Shown here in pieces: positions 12,760 to 24,085 of a stretch of DNA of 64,000 nt. The notes under the pieces are model-generated. The model did not search any database and was not told the DNA's origin. It saw only the letters and a program-made list of their open reading frames with translations. The DNA is from an uncultured Nitrososphaerales archaeon (GTDB lineage: Archaea; Thermoproteota; Nitrososphaeria; Nitrososphaerales; Nitrososphaeraceae), in NCBI GenBank assembly GCA_963841565.1, contig CAWJCY010000001.1, forward strand, positions 122,826 to 186,825, in the 5' to 3' direction. The position numbers and the translations under genes were made by a program. The stretch's first letter is position 1. The number at the start of each line of letters is the position of its first letter.

Positions 12760-13004
12760 CTACAAAAACACCAACAGACATGATACTCACGTCATATTCC
12801 TTAAAAGAATTCATAATTAGAAAGTCGTCGTGACCAGGTGACCAGGATTCCAATGCCTATCTGCCTGGAGGTAAGTTCCAGTCCCAGACATTAAACTAGT
12901 AACTGTTAAAAAAAAGATATGGCTCATCGGTGTTTCGAGAAATTTCGATCCATTTTTGCAAGCGGTTATAGTTTGGTCAACGACTTTTGCTGAATAAATT
13001 ATTA

Positions 13005-15197
13005 CTATGACCTCCCAATTACCTCTTCGCGAGTTCTTCGCTTGGCTTCTACCCGATTGTGGTCCAAGCTATGATCAATGGCCCTTGTCTGCCATACAAA
13101 TTTGGAATAGAGCATCTTGGGGACGAGGCGTTTGAAGTCAATTCCTTGGCCTATATACCATTTAGGAAACCATTCGTAAAGGTGTAACCTAATTGTTTGA
13201 ATGTATACTATCAGCCCCTCAATCAGCATTATACCAATATTTCCGCCGATAAGGACTGCATATCCTCCACCTGTGCCACCCAACGATTCGAATGAATCGA
13301 TAACCGTTACAAGGAGTGCGGCGTGAACCAGTAGCATTATTCCGAGTCTAGAGTAGCTTATTGTGTTTGAAAGCATCTCAATGATTCTTACCATAATTAC
13401 CTCCACCACTATACCTACCACTCCGCCACCCTCATCCTTCCCAAGTTTCTTGAGGTGCTTCTCTTCCTTCATGCCTCCGATAATCATGGTTATTACGGTA
13501 CCAATGATTACAAGAGGTGCTACTTTTGCAACCAACTCTACGGTAACCCAGTCTCCGAAAACGACCGTCAGCCAAGGCACTGGTTCATCATGGACGACTC
13601 CTGTAATGCCAAACATGCCGATGATATCATATCCAGAGCCTATAGCTGCCAGGATAAGGCTTACCACCGCAAAGTATTGTACTATAGTTGGGATATCATG
13701 ATAAAGGATCATAAGTTTATCATGTTTTTTGATATCTGCCCAGAGCCTCAAGAAGAAAGCCAGCAAGATATGCACTACCCCTATAGCGATTGATATCTCC
13801 AAAATCTTGACTACCTCCTCAAAAGTTAGCTCTGACACACTTAACATTCCCACAAATCCTAATTGTTCAGCAATAGGTGCTAGAATCGGTAGCTCAATAG
13901 CATGAAAACCAAATAATTCTCCCGTTCCTAGGCCGGCAATGGCTGCGGCGGCTCCACTCGCCGCTATTAAAGTTCCCCATGTGGTCAGAGATCCGTTGCC
14001 ACGATATCTGAAAAGCATCCCAAGACCAAAGAGCAATATGCCGTGTCCTAAGTCTGCAAACATCAATCCATAGAACAGAGGCCACACGAATGCAATAATG
14101 GGCGTAGGGTCTCTCTCGTCGTAGTTGGGCAATCCCTGTGTTTCAGTAATGATTTCGAATGTACGAATATACTTTTTATTTTTCAGGAGCGTAGGAATTT
14201 TCTCATTGTGATCTTCAACGTGACTTTCATCAGTAGCCAAGCGTTCAGGAACATCCATCACCGAGACGTAGTCGCTTGTCAAGCTCTTGAATTTATTTTC
14301 CATCTGCTCAGGGATAAGGCCCTCAATCATAGCGAAATTCTTGGTGCCACCTGGCTTCCTGGTTGCTTCTAAAACATCTTTTGCCACCTGAGAAGCTTCG
14401 TGTAATGATAGTAGTCTCGTAGTAAGCGATAATTTCAATTTCTCAACCTTCTTGCTTAGATCTGTACTTTGCTTCTCTAGTTCCTTTATTTTGGCCTTAG
14501 ACTCAGCATATGCCAAATGAGGATTCTGAGGCATGTTAGGGGGTACCTGCAAAGGGTGCACTCCGAAGCTTCTCAGAACTTTGATTATTCTATCAGCGTC
14601 GCTTTCAGCTGAACCTAAAATGATTAAGGCAGATTTGTGATCATTTAGTTTAACAATCTGTATCGGCAGATCTCCCAAGCTTTTCTTGATCTCATCTTGG
14701 TCGTTATTTTCAATGATAAAAGTTGCAGCATAGAATATTTTCAATTTAGAGAAAATTCGTAGATCTAAATTCAATTCTGATGCCATTTCCAAGGTCAAAG
14801 CTATCGTACGGTATTCTTCCAACTGTTTTGAAACCTGACTCTGTTCCAAAAGGATCCTTTTGGGCTCATCCAAGAGCGCCGCACTTCTTCCCTCCAAATC
14901 AACTATGAAGCCTTGAATATCTTCAATCTGGTACGATGTCTGCTCCTTCGGAGCACCTTTAAACATCGTATCCATTACACCCGTTTCTAGAGGTACTCCC
15001 AAAGCCTTGACTACATCGTCAATTTCTTGGAAGAGCCTCTGCGCCTTCAATAATAGGTCGTCATAATAGGGATTTATGTACTCAGATGCATGTTGTAATG
15101 GATGAAACCATTCAAGTTGAGCAAGTCTGCTTACAACTTGCTGCGTCTCAGTCCTAGGTAGGACGAGCGTTGTTTTCAGTAACTTAGCGGTTCCCAT
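13005..15197 (-). CDS. atpI: A-type ATP synthase subunit I (a)
   Basis: Soluble coiled-coil N-half, DPTP, FYGLMFADLGHG, SNTISYSRL, IRLHLYEWF. Confidence 0.96.
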   Translation of the reverse strand: MGTAKLLKTTLVLPRTETQQVVSRLAQLEWFHPLQHASEYINPYYDDLLLKAQRLFQEIDDVVKALGVPLETGVMDTMFKGAPKEQTSYQIEDIQGFIVDLEGRSAALLDEPKRILLEQSQVSKQLEEYRTIALTLEMASELNLDLRIFSKLKIFYAATFIIENNDQDEIKKSLGDLPIQIVKLNDHKSALIILGSAESDADRIIKVLRSFGVHPLQVPPNMPQNPHLAYAESKAKIKELEKQSTDLSKKVEKLKLSLTTRLLSLHEASQVAKDVLEATRKPGGTKNFAMIEGLIPEQMENKFKSLTSDYVSVMDVPERLATDESHVEDHNEKIPTLLKNKKYIRTFEIITETQGLPNYDERDPTPIIAFVWPLFYGLMFADLGHGILLFGLGMLFRYRGNGSLTTWGTLIAASGAAAAIAGLGTGELFGFHAIELPILAPIAEQLGFVGMLSVSELTFEEVVKILEISIAIGVVHILLAFFLRLWADIKKHDKLMILYHDIPTIVQYFAVVSLILAAIGSGYDIIGMFGITGVVHDEPVPWLTVVFGDWVTVELVAKVAPLVIIGTVITMIIGGMKEEKHLKKLGKDEGGGVVGIVVEVIMVRIIEMLSNTISYSRLGIMLLVHAALLVTVIDSFESLGGTGGGYAVLIGGNIGIMLIEGLIVYIQTIRLHLYEWFPKWYIGQGIDFKRLVPKMLYSKFVWQTRAIDHSLDHNRVEAKRRTREEVIGRS

Positions 15198-15262
15198 TTA
15201 GTCCCAGTCCATCCGTAATCCTCTTAGTTGGAGGTGCCTGATTAGGAATCTCCTGATTTAGG

Positions 15263-15601
15263 TCACGCTTGACCTAGTATGATGAACATCATGACGATAC
15301 CGTAAATAGCAATTGATTCTACCATGCCTACAATGATGAAAACCCTGGACTGCATTTTAGGATTATCGCTAATTGCTGCTAAGCCGGCAGCTCCAACGTA
15401 ACCAAGTCCGATACCCGCGCCAAGAGCGGCCAAGCCAAACGCCATTCCTGCACCTATCAATTTGAACGAGCCTGCATCACCCGCAGATGCCTCTTCCTGA
15501 GCATACGCTGTAGACCCAATGGAACTTACGGTTATGAAAGTTATTGTGGTCAGTGCCACGATAACCGGGATAAAAATATGTCCTCCCTTTCCTTTCTTCA
15601 T
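15263..15601 (-). CDS. atpK: A-type ATP synthase subunit K (c, proteolipid)
   Basis: GLAALGAGIGLG hairpin and conserved carboxylate in VESIAIYG; N-terminal signal-like extension. Confidence 0.95.
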   Translation of the reverse strand: MKKGKGGHIFIPVIVALTTITFITVSSIGSTAYAQEEASAGDAGSFKLIGAGMAFGLAALGAGIGLGYVGAAGLAAISDNPKMQSRVFIIVGMVESIAIYGIVMMFIILGQA

Positions 15602-15713
15602 AGGGGTTCGAGATGGGACGCCCTATTTAATTATATCTCGGCAATTGGACAATTCTATATATTAAAAGGATTTCCAGAGGATTGTTACTAAGCAAGAAAT
15701 CAGGATAAATGAA

Positions 15714-15845
15714 CTAGATTTTGGAGAGCGCTTTGCGTTTACATTCACCAAGCATCTCTTTAGTATGCTCCACCATAGTTTCATATTCTTTCTTGAGAAC
15801 ACCCTTTGATTCCTCAAAAAAGGTTGTGATAATATTCTCGCTCAT
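15714..15845 (-). CDS. 43-aa helical protein in the ATP synthase operon (possible minimal stalk subunit H/G)
   Basis: MSENIITTFFEESKGVLKKEYETMVEHTKEMLGECKRKALSKI, charged amphipathic helix lying between atpD and atpK. Confidence 0.55.
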   Translation of the reverse strand: MSENIITTFFEESKGVLKKEYETMVEHTKEMLGECKRKALSKI

Positions 15846-15879
15846 GTCCCGATCAGTTCCCAGAACAATCCCGACGGTA

Positions 15880-16518
15880 TTAAAGCTTTTTCCTTTCAAG
15901 TACTGCTTTAACTTTTTTGAGTCTTACGAAGTCTTCTCTTTCTCGTTCTTCGAGGGTGGCCCGAATAAATGCTATCGCACTCTCATACTGTGGAATTATC
16001 ACGTACTCCAACGCGTTAATCAATTTCTGAGTTCTCTCCAGTTCCTTTGCCAAACTAAATATTGCATTCTCGTATTCGGCCGCTTTGCAAATTTGTGGGA
16101 GTATATTCTTTATTAGTTTCGCGCCTTTATCTACTGAGGCGTTGGTTTCCACGAAACCGTATGATAATTCTTGCCCCCCCTGTTTATTTCTGACGTGGAG
16201 TGTCGGGATCCTTACGTCCACAACTCTACGTACATTAACGTCAACCTCCATGATACTGGGAGTAGAATCAGATATTGATTCTAGTGTTGTCGTTCCAAGC
16301 GACATGTAGGAATCATATACGGAAGAATAGATCTCCGCTAATGGTGACCAGATATCACCTCTGGCCTTGTTAGCCTCCTCGATCATTTCGTCTATCTTTT
16401 TTAACAGGACCTCTCGTTTGTCATCAAGAATCTTGTGAACCATCTTTCCTACCTGCATGGAACGACGGATCTTGATCAGTTCAATCTTTGTAGCAGTAAC
16501 CCTTCCCCCAAATGACAT
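15880..16518 (-). CDS. atpD: A-type ATP synthase subunit D
   Basis: ATKIELIK, LDDKREVL, INALEYVIIP, LEEREREDFVRLKKVK. Confidence 0.96.
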   Translation of the reverse strand: MSFGGRVTATKIELIKIRRSMQVGKMVHKILDDKREVLLKKIDEMIEEANKARGDIWSPLAEIYSSVYDSYMSLGTTTLESISDSTPSIMEVDVNVRRVVDVRIPTLHVRNKQGGQELSYGFVETNASVDKGAKLIKNILPQICKAAEYENAIFSLAKELERTQKLINALEYVIIPQYESAIAFIRATLEEREREDFVRLKKVKAVLERKKL

Positions 16519-16528
16519 AACTAAAAGA

Positions 16529-17917
16529 TCATTTGGTCTCCTTGTAGTATTGTCTCACATGCTTTTCTTTTATCTTCGTGAGCTCTCCCTCCGGTAAAGT
16601 TGAGAGTACGTCCCATGTTCTTGAAAGCGTCTCCTCTAATCCCCTATTCTCGTCTTTTTCTTGTTTCAGAAAATGGCTTTCGAACAGATCGCCTGCATCC
16701 AAATACTTGAGGTCTACTCCAGTCAGTCCTGATCTTCCTACGATTTCGGCAAGAGCCCTTACTTCTTGAGCTCGAGAATAAGCGTCGTATAGCTGGTTCC
16801 CAACTTCCATGTGATCCGATCTCGTTTTTCCCTCCCCAACACCGTCTTTCATAAGTCTTGATAGGGACATGAGGACGTTCACAGGTGGATACACACCTTT
16901 TCGGAAGAGATCTCTTCCTAACACAATCTGACCTTCAGTAATGTAACCGGTAAGATCCGGAATAGGATGAGTTATATCGTCAGCAGGCATGGATAGTATA
17001 GGCACCTGAGTTACACTGCCATCTTTACCTCTAATACGTCCAGCACGCTCGTAGTTGTTTGCAAGATCGGTGTACAGATAGCCTGGATATCCTTTTCTTC
17101 CAGGGACTTCTTCTCTTGCAGCGCTAATCTCACGCAATGCCTCAGCATAATTGGTCATGTCTGTTAATATCGCTAGCACATGCATCCCCAAATCAAAGGC
17201 CAGATATTCGGCTACAGTGAGTGCTACCCTAGGAGTTATGATTCGCTCGATGGCAGGATCATCTGCTAGGTTAAGAAATAATACGCTTCGTCTCAGGGCA
17301 CCGGACTCTTCAAGGCTTCGTTTAAAGTATTGCGCCTCTGAATATTGAACTCCAATGGCTGCGAAGACTACGGCAAAATCTTCCTTTGTTCCTACAACAG
17401 TTGCCTGCCTAGCTATTTGGGCTGCCAGAATGTTATGTGGCATTCCGGAACCAGAGAATATGGGAAGTTTCTGGCCACGGACGAGCGTGAGCATGCCATC
17501 AATTACAGAGACCCCCGTTTGTATGAATGAAGTAGGATATTCCCTTCGTTCAGGGTTCATTGGCTCCCCGTTTACATCAAGGAATTTCTCCGCTATAGGG
17601 TCGGGGAGACCATCATTAGGTCGGCCGAGTCCATCGAATACTCTTCCTAAGAGTTCCGGAGAAACTGGCATAGTCATGGTTTTACCCAAGAATTTAGCTT
17701 TTGTTCCACTGATCGCCAGGCCCGTAGTACCTTCAAATACCTGCACTACCGCCTTTCCGTGGCCGACTTCGAGCACCCTGCCTAATCTTATAGCGGAATC
17801 TGAAGTCTCGATTTCAACTAGCTCATCGAAGGACGCTTTTGTGATGCCATCAATGATTATGAGAGGACCTTTAATTTCGGCTACTTTAGTATATTCTATG
17901 GCAGCTGATTCAGACAA
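16529..17917 (-). CDS. atpB: A-type ATP synthase subunit B
   Basis: [45 protein letters not shown]. Confidence 0.98.
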   Translation of the reverse strand: MSESAAIEYTKVAEIKGPLIIIDGITKASFDELVEIETSDSAIRLGRVLEVGHGKAVVQVFEGTTGLAISGTKAKFLGKTMTMPVSPELLGRVFDGLGRPNDGLPDPIAEKFLDVNGEPMNPERREYPTSFIQTGVSVIDGMLTLVRGQKLPIFSGSGMPHNILAAQIARQATVVGTKEDFAVVFAAIGVQYSEAQYFKRSLEESGALRRSVLFLNLADDPAIERIITPRVALTVAEYLAFDLGMHVLAILTDMTNYAEALREISAAREEVPGRKGYPGYLYTDLANNYERAGRIRGKDGSVTQVPILSMPADDITHPIPDLTGYITEGQIVLGRDLFRKGVYPPVNVLMSLSRLMKDGVGEGKTRSDHMEVGNQLYDAYSRAQEVRALAEIVGRSGLTGVDLKYLDAGDLFESHFLKQEKDENRGLEETLSRTWDVLSTLPEGELTKIKEKHVRQYYKETK

Positions 17918-19700
17918 CCACTTTCACCTCTTCTTTACTTTCAAGTCTTCTAAACTGTTCAATCATACCGTTTTCGAGGGCGTCTAGTCGCTGTACCTCC
18001 TCGTCAGGAATCTCAAATTTTGCTTTTAGTAGAGAGCTAATAACTGGCATCGCCCTTATATCGGCCAGGGAAGTTCCCTCTCTTAAGGCTTTAAGTGCCT
18101 CCTTGTAGAATCTGACCATGACCTTGACTAATTTCACCTGCTTTTGTGGACTGCAATAGGTATCAACCTTGTCGAAGGAATTTTGCTGCAGAATTCCTAT
18201 TTTTATCATTCGTGCAACTTCCAAGATAAGTTTTTCTTCGTCAGGAAGTGCTTCCGGTCCAAGAAGCCTCACGATTTCTTTTAGCGTATCCTCTCTCTGC
18301 AAAATATGATATGACTCTCCTCTCAACTCAAACCATTCACTACTTACTTCTTCCTTCCACCATTTGGCAACATCCTCCAAGTACCCCGAATAGGACTGCA
18401 TCCAGTTAATCGAAGGATAATGCCTTGAGTATGCAAGTCTAGTATCCAGAGCCCAGAATGTCTTGATGAATCTAATGGTATGCGTCGTCACGGGCTCTGT
18501 GAAATCGGCTCCTGAAGGAGATACAGCTCCTATCAGAGTCACGGATCCGCTTCTTTCTGGCAGACCCAAAGACCTAACTCGCCCAGCACGTTCATAAAAT
18601 TCTGCCAATCTGGATGCAAGATAGGAAGGATAGCCTTCTTCAGCTGGCATCTCTTCAAGTCTTCCTGACATTTCTCTTAAAGCCTCAGCCCACCTACTTG
18701 TGGAATCAGCGACAAGGACAGTGTCAAAACCCATGTCACGGTAATACTCTGCAATAGTCACACCTGTGTAAATAGAAGCTTCGCGGGCGGCCACGGGCAT
18801 ATTACTGGTGTTTGCCACAAGAACAGTTCTTTCCATTAACGGCCTACCTGAACGCGGGTCAAGAAGGTGAGGAAATTCCACTAATACCTCAGTCATTTCA
18901 TTTCCACGTTCGCCACATCCAATATACACAACAACTTTTGAATCAGCCCATTTTGCTATCTGATGCAGAGTTACAGTCTTACCAGTTCCAAAACCACCTG
19001 GTATGGCTCCCGTCCCTCCCTTTGCGATCGGGAAATATGTGTCAATAATACGCTGGCCTGTGACAAGAGGCACTGTAGGGTCATATCTTTCGGTGTAAGG
19101 TCTTGGATGTCGAACTGGCCATTTGTGGTACATCTTAAGTTCTGTATGATCGCCACCATCTTTTTGTGTCTCAGCCAAAACTTGTTCCAAGTCATATTCA
19201 CCTTCACCAACCATGTTTGTTATTACACCTCCACGATGGTTTGGAGGTACAAGAATGCTATGAGTAAGCAACGGTGTTTCATCCACCGTGCCTAGAATGG
19301 AACCACCGGTAATATTATCTCCTTTCTTTACCGTTGGAATAAACTTGTACTTCTTCTTTAGATCTATTGGTGTGGTCTCGATTCCCCTTCCGATGAAATC
19401 GCCTGATTTCTTCGCCATCTCGCTCAATGGCCTTTGTATCCCATCATAGATCTGGCCAATGATCCCTGGACCAAGAGTAACGGATAGCGGTTGACCTGTT
19501 CCAACTACAGGTTCTCCAGGTTTCAGACCTGAAGTTGTCTCATAAACCTGAATAAATGCTACGTCTCCGGTAAGCCTAATAACTTCACCAATAAGTTTAG
19601 ATTCACCTACCTCAACGGTTTCGTACATCTTTGTAGATGACATACCATCGGCCCTGACCGCTGGACCGCTAACCCAGACTATTTTACCTTTTGAGACCAA
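17910..19700 (-). CDS. atpA: A-type ATP synthase subunit A
   Basis: Walker [30 protein letters not shown]; no intein. Confidence 0.98.
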   Translation of the reverse strand: MVSKGKIVWVSGPAVRADGMSSTKMYETVEVGESKLIGEVIRLTGDVAFIQVYETTSGLKPGEPVVGTGQPLSVTLGPGIIGQIYDGIQRPLSEMAKKSGDFIGRGIETTPIDLKKKYKFIPTVKKGDNITGGSILGTVDETPLLTHSILVPPNHRGGVITNMVGEGEYDLEQVLAETQKDGGDHTELKMYHKWPVRHPRPYTERYDPTVPLVTGQRIIDTYFPIAKGGTGAIPGGFGTGKTVTLHQIAKWADSKVVVYIGCGERGNEMTEVLVEFPHLLDPRSGRPLMERTVLVANTSNMPVAAREASIYTGVTIAEYYRDMGFDTVLVADSTSRWAEALREMSGRLEEMPAEEGYPSYLASRLAEFYERAGRVRSLGLPERSGSVTLIGAVSPSGADFTEPVTTHTIRFIKTFWALDTRLAYSRHYPSINWMQSYSGYLEDVAKWWKEEVSSEWFELRGESYHILQREDTLKEIVRLLGPEALPDEEKLILEVARMIKIGILQQNSFDKVDTYCSPQKQVKLVKVMVRFYKEALKALREGTSLADIRAMPVISSLLKAKFEIPDEEVQRLDALENGMIEQFRRLESKEEVKVVV

Positions 19701-20320
19701 CTTTCTCTTTCACTCCCTCTCAAGATTTGGACAATGTTTTTCCTTATTAAAGGTTTGAGCCGTTCTATTCTAGAATCAATAGAATCATCATAGGTCAGTG
19801 TTCCATCTGATGACGTAGCGCGTATCCCTCCTAAGATGTCAATATTCTTATCTGCCACAACCATCGTTGTTCCCTTTTCTTTGTTAATACTATCCACAAG
19901 CTTTCGTACCAACCCAGAATCGGTTTTGTTACATTCGATAATAAGGTCGTTCTTGCCGATTTCATTGAGACTACCCAATAAGGCTTGCTTCATCAACTTT
20001 TCATAATCCGGTTCCTTGTGTAAGGATAACAATCTCTTCCTTGCCATCTCGAAAACGGTTTTGACTGAATCCTCTACTAGGATGAGCTGATTGTTCCTTG
20101 CAGAGAGCCTACTTGAACCAACGATCTGCCTCTTGAGATTTTCAGCCTGCTTCTTTGCATTTTCAAGTATTGCCATGTATTCAGAATTGAGTTTACTTTT
20201 AGAGGAATCTAGATTCCTCAGTGATTCCTGATAGGCTGATTCTAACTTTGAAATTAATTCACTCTCCTTTTGTGATAAAACGTTGTCAATAGTCCTCTCT
20301 AGCGGCGAGGATGAACTCAT
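19679..20320 (-). CDS. atpE: A-type ATP synthase subunit E
   Basis: Long N-terminal coiled coil, '[20 protein letters not shown]'; first gene of the operon. Confidence 0.9.
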   Translation of the reverse strand: MSSSSPLERTIDNVLSQKESELISKLESAYQESLRNLDSSKSKLNSEYMAILENAKKQAENLKRQIVGSSRLSARNNQLILVEDSVKTVFEMARKRLLSLHKEPDYEKLMKQALLGSLNEIGKNDLIIECNKTDSGLVRKLVDSINKEKGTTMVVADKNIDILGGIRATSSDGTLTYDDSIDSRIERLKPLIRKNIVQILRGSERESWSQKVK

Positions 20321-20437
20321 TATGGTCTGAAGTTCTTCGGCATACGTGATTTTAACCTTTTGCTAATTTTGGGCAGTCAGTGGTCTATATGTTGCTAAGG
20401 CGAATCTAGCAAACTGAGATTTGACCAATTAAGGGAA

Positions 20438-20968
20438 TCAAGACATACTGTACAAATCCTGAGTAACAGATTCGGCTAGAGAAACCAGTGCTGATTTATG
20501 ACTCCCTTCCCAGTAAATTTTCTTGCATCTGCAACATTGATAAAAATGAGAATACACGAGATACGATTTTGGAGGGATCAAATTCTTTATGTCGTCTATC
20601 TCTCCTTTCATTTTCTTCTCGAGTTTAAGATTGCATGTGGGACATCTTGCATATGCCGTATCAAATAGTATCTCCGTGATGCTGCATTCTCCAAAGATTT
20701 TTACCATATTCTCCTTATCTGAATGACCTTGCAAAAGTACGCAACCAATTCTTTTATTTAGAGATCTCTTGAACAATTCTTTATCGGATGTTAAAAGAAT
20801 TCGTCGTTGGTCATTACATTCATTGAGTAAATGATCATCGGAAATTGAACTACTGTAGGCTGTATCTATTCCGAATATCCTAAGCTTCCGAGCCAGACTT
20901 CCATGCATCGAGTCTGCGAAAAAGGCTAGATCTCTATACGGTTGCCGCTTCGCCTCTACATTCTTCAC
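20438..20968 (-). CDS. Mut7-C RNase (PIN-like) domain protein with zinc ribbon
   Basis: FFADSMHGSLARKLRIFGIDT, RILLTSDKEL, RCPTCN...CCRCKKIYWEGSH; start uncertain. Confidence 0.88.
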   Translation of the reverse strand: MKNVEAKRQPYRDLAFFADSMHGSLARKLRIFGIDTAYSSSISDDHLLNECNDQRRILLTSDKELFKRSLNKRIGCVLLQGHSDKENMVKIFGECSITEILFDTAYARCPTCNLKLEKKMKGEIDDIKNLIPPKSYLVYSHFYQCCRCKKIYWEGSHKSALVSLAESVTQDLYSMS

Positions 20969-21483
20969 AAGTAAATGTTCCTTGAACGTATTGCAGCAAA
21001 TCAGACCATTCGCCACATTCATCGCAATATCCCGATACATTGCCTATGGGCCGACCAATTTCTCCTCTGATCAGCGACGCCTTCTCGGACACAACGTCTA
21101 CCAACTCTGGAGTTACGGCGATAACGTCTGACGCAGAGATAATGCCGACAAGCCTTCCTTTATAGACCACACCCAATCTCTTGATGTTTTTTTGCCTTAG
21201 CTGCCGTGCTGCTTCGGTAACACTATCTTCTCCTTCAATAGTATAAAGTCTGCTTCATTATATCAGATCCTTTCATCATGCTAGGCCTGACGTCCTGTAC
21301 GACCGTATTCGTAACTATATCCCAATCTGTAACTATCCCTACTGGATTTTCATTTCTCATGATAACTATGCTGCCTATTCTCTCATCTTTCATCTTCTTG
21401 GCGATTTCATTCACCGAGTCGTCGGGGTGACAAGAAACAACGGTACTATTCATAATATCCCTTACAAGAACCCTAGTAGTCAT
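20934..21483 (-). CDS. Tandem CBS-domain protein with C-terminal zinc ribbon, +1 frameshift near 21249
   Basis: VRDIMN...GIVTDWDI and LGVVYKGRLVGIIS CBS repeats; CDEC...CEEC tail; the two ORFs join on removing one base. Confidence 0.85.
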
Positions 21484-21633
21484 ATTTGCATCCCGGTGCT
21501 TGCTTATGGAATCCCTTTCGGCCACAATAGATGAAGACTATGATTTACTTAATTACTTTGCTAGAAACTGAGAGGTGTCAGTTTGCATATTTGCAGGTTT
21601 GACATACTTCTGGCGACTGTTTAACCCATTCAC

Positions 21634-23643
21634 CTAAGATTGCAATTCTCCCATCGATCGGGCCAGAAGATCGCCCTTCTTTGTAATCAATATCTTTGAT
21701 TGCCCATGAGGAATGGTCTTTACAATTTCGTCAATTGAAATCGACTTAAGGTACTCTAAAAGCTCTTTGAACTCTTCAGAAATGTCACTACATACTCTTA
21801 CCAGCTCCTGCTTAAATTTTTTAGCCACATTAGTTGGATCGTTTCCCCCTGGCAGTAGCACGCAATATGCGATTGACTTCTTTTTCACCGCTTCCTGAGG
21901 ACCGCACATTAAGGCGTATTTTTTTTCCAAGATTATTACACCCAAAGCCAGCCTAATTTCAACTCCTTTGACAAAGTTCCTCTTTCCTTGTATGACAAAG
22001 GAACCTTTAGGCAGAAACTGTCCGGTGGGAGCGCCTTTCTTTACCTGATCTGGGATGACCCAATAAGCGTCAGCAACTGACAATCCGTCTTTCCAAGCCC
22101 TACTAAACGATACTGTTGCCTGAGCAGCTTCCAACAGACTTGTTTTGAGTTGCTCGGCGTCATTGCTTGGTACATTCTTGATAACAAAGAATGGCGATCC
22201 ATGGACTTCCGCATGAAATACCAAGTCTTGATCCGTTAAATGCTTCCTTATAATTGCGGAATTCGATGACGCATCTCTTCCTCCGATGCACAAAAGCCCC
22301 TCGCTCCCTATAAACCACCTATATCTTTCAAACCATTCTTTTTCAACTTGGGGTTTTACCGCGACTTTCTTTTGGAGCAAATCAGCCCTTCGCCTTAGAT
22401 CCTCCATTTGTTCAACTAGCTTAGATTTCGCGATTCTAATCGATTGACAACCCCTTTCCAATTCTTTTGCTCTATCAAACAACAACGAGGAGATTCTTGG
22501 CAAGCGTGATTCGAATGGTATGGATTCATCGACAATCTCAAGGAATTTTTTACCGGCGATCGTAACGATCTTCGAGGAGTTTTTCTCTAGAACTGATGAT
22601 AGTGACTTGTCTTGGATGTCAGTCACAGCATTTGGAAGGGTTATGAGTTCCTGTGCCAATTTCCTAATTGCATTAGACTTCGCTATAACTTCTGACTCGG
22701 CTTGATTCTGTTGGTTGTAGTCATGTTCTAGAACAGCAATTTTGTTATCTAAAACAACCGTACGAGTGCTTGAACCCTCTTCTATCAACACCTCACTGAA
22801 AACAGAGTCCACAGCCTCCATCAGAGTTTCATGTGGAACGAATGCCGCTCCCTCTGTTATTGATTCTAATCGGAAGGGTATTACATTTATGGGCCGACCT
22901 GCATTGTCTAAAACCACTAATGGTTTATGCGTTGATGTATCGCATACATCAAATACAAGTTTTCTGGTCAATTCAAAGACCACTTCTATGTCTCCTCTGG
23001 TCGTGTCACTCAGTTTCCTGTGCTTCATTCTGGCCCTGGTAATTACTTCTTCGATGTATTTTTTCGATAGCGAGATATTCCTGCCAAACCATTTCTCAAC
23101 CTCAATGTCGGGATCTATCTCCTTATCGCGCAATTCCAATAAATCACCGATTGAGAGATCAAATATGTTGATTCCTCTGGGTGGAGGTGACTGATAGGTC
23201 ATACCGGTTCTAAGTATCCTATGTCTAACCTCAACCGGATTCAGAATTGTAAGTATCACATTATTTTCGTCGCATACGATTACATTTCCCTTACGAAAGA
23301 ATTCGGCGACTAGGATTCTCAAACGACCATCAAGATGTCTAAACTTGAGATAGGCTACACGCTCATCCCCTATCTGTTCAATACTCTCGAATTTTGCTCT
23401 CTCTATCTCTGATTTCATACTACTAGTAATTGGACTATCTTCGAAAGTACGGAAGTTCATCTTTGTGATCCATATCCCTGTCGTAGAAAGGATCAAAATA
23501 ACATCAGAGAGACTGGGATGGCGCATTTTCAGGGAAAATGAATTTCTTGAAATACTGGATATAGCACCTACGTAATATCCTTGATTTAGCTTTTGATTGA
23601 TATCTTCGATTAGACAGTGCAATTCAAGACCTGATAGTTCCAT
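21634..23643 (-). CDS. rqcH: Ribosome quality-control factor Rqc2/NFACT (FbpA-like)
   Basis: MELSGLEL, QIGDERV, EFFRKGN, WFERYRWF..SEG.L..GGRDASSN, HAEVHGSP, GQFLPKGSF. Confidence 0.92.
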   Translation of the reverse strand: MELSGLELHCLIEDINQKLNQGYYVGAISSISRNSFSLKMRHPSLSDVILILSTTGIWITKMNFRTFEDSPITSSMKSEIERAKFESIEQIGDERVAYLKFRHLDGRLRILVAEFFRKGNVIVCDENNVILTILNPVEVRHRILRTGMTYQSPPPRGINIFDLSIGDLLELRDKEIDPDIEVEKWFGRNISLSKKYIEEVITRARMKHRKLSDTTRGDIEVVFELTRKLVFDVCDTSTHKPLVVLDNAGRPINVIPFRLESITEGAAFVPHETLMEAVDSVFSEVLIEEGSSTRTVVLDNKIAVLEHDYNQQNQAESEVIAKSNAIRKLAQELITLPNAVTDIQDKSLSSVLEKNSSKIVTIAGKKFLEIVDESIPFESRLPRISSLLFDRAKELERGCQSIRIAKSKLVEQMEDLRRRADLLQKKVAVKPQVEKEWFERYRWFIGSEGLLCIGGRDASSNSAIIRKHLTDQDLVFHAEVHGSPFFVIKNVPSNDAEQLKTSLLEAAQATVSFSRAWKDGLSVADAYWVIPDQVKKGAPTGQFLPKGSFVIQGKRNFVKGVEIRLALGVIILEKKYALMCGPQEAVKKKSIAYCVLLPGGNDPTNVAKKFKQELVRVCSDISEEFKELLEYLKSISIDEIVKTIPHGQSKILITKKGDLLARSMGELQS

Positions 23644-23764
23644 GATCTTCATCGTGACTCTACCATTATCCAATTATAACACTTTTCCACGCTAACCGTA
23701 AGGAATTAAACCAGGATGCTTCAAGACTGTAATGGTCGTATTGTACCTCGTCGATAGATTGGAC

Positions 23765-24055
23765 ATGTTCGATAGAATTTATTTCATGCGTGCAGTGCTT
23801 GGTGTCATTGGAGGAATTGTTGCCGGCCTTGTCATAATACCGGGTACCGACCAAGGGACGATAATAGGCATCGTCATACTTATCGGTCTGTTCTTTTATT
23901 TGATATCGTACGTCATATCTAAGAAGATTGGCCGAACGGTTCAGAAACCCCAAAGGAGGAAACTTGCAACTAACGGGATTTTCCCCTTCATTTTCCTCCT
24001 TTTAATGTTCATGATTTTTATATACACAGGATTACATCAAAGTCTCGCACATTAA
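23765..24055 (+). CDS. Small three-TM membrane protein (EMC6/Rab5ip-like topology)
   Basis: Hydrophobic helices 'RAVLGVIGGIVAGL', 'GIVILIGLFFYLISY', 'NGIFPFIFLLLMFMIFIYT'. Confidence 0.6.
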   Translation: MFDRIYFMRAVLGVIGGIVAGLVIIPGTDQGTIIGIVILIGLFFYLISYVISKKIGRTVQKPQRRKLATNGIFPFIFLLLMFMIFIYTGLHQSLAH

Positions 24056-24085
24056 AATAAGGGAAATTGCCAAAATTTTGGCAAA

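Noticed and set aside
12828-12846. Tandem GTGACCAG duplication
   Set aside because: Only two 8-bp copies, with no array or mobile-element context
17355-17987. 210-aa plus-strand ORF and similar antisense ORFs over atpI, rqc2, pelota, crotonase, the permeases and FAH
   Set aside because: Antisense shadows of well-supported genes with no independent motifs
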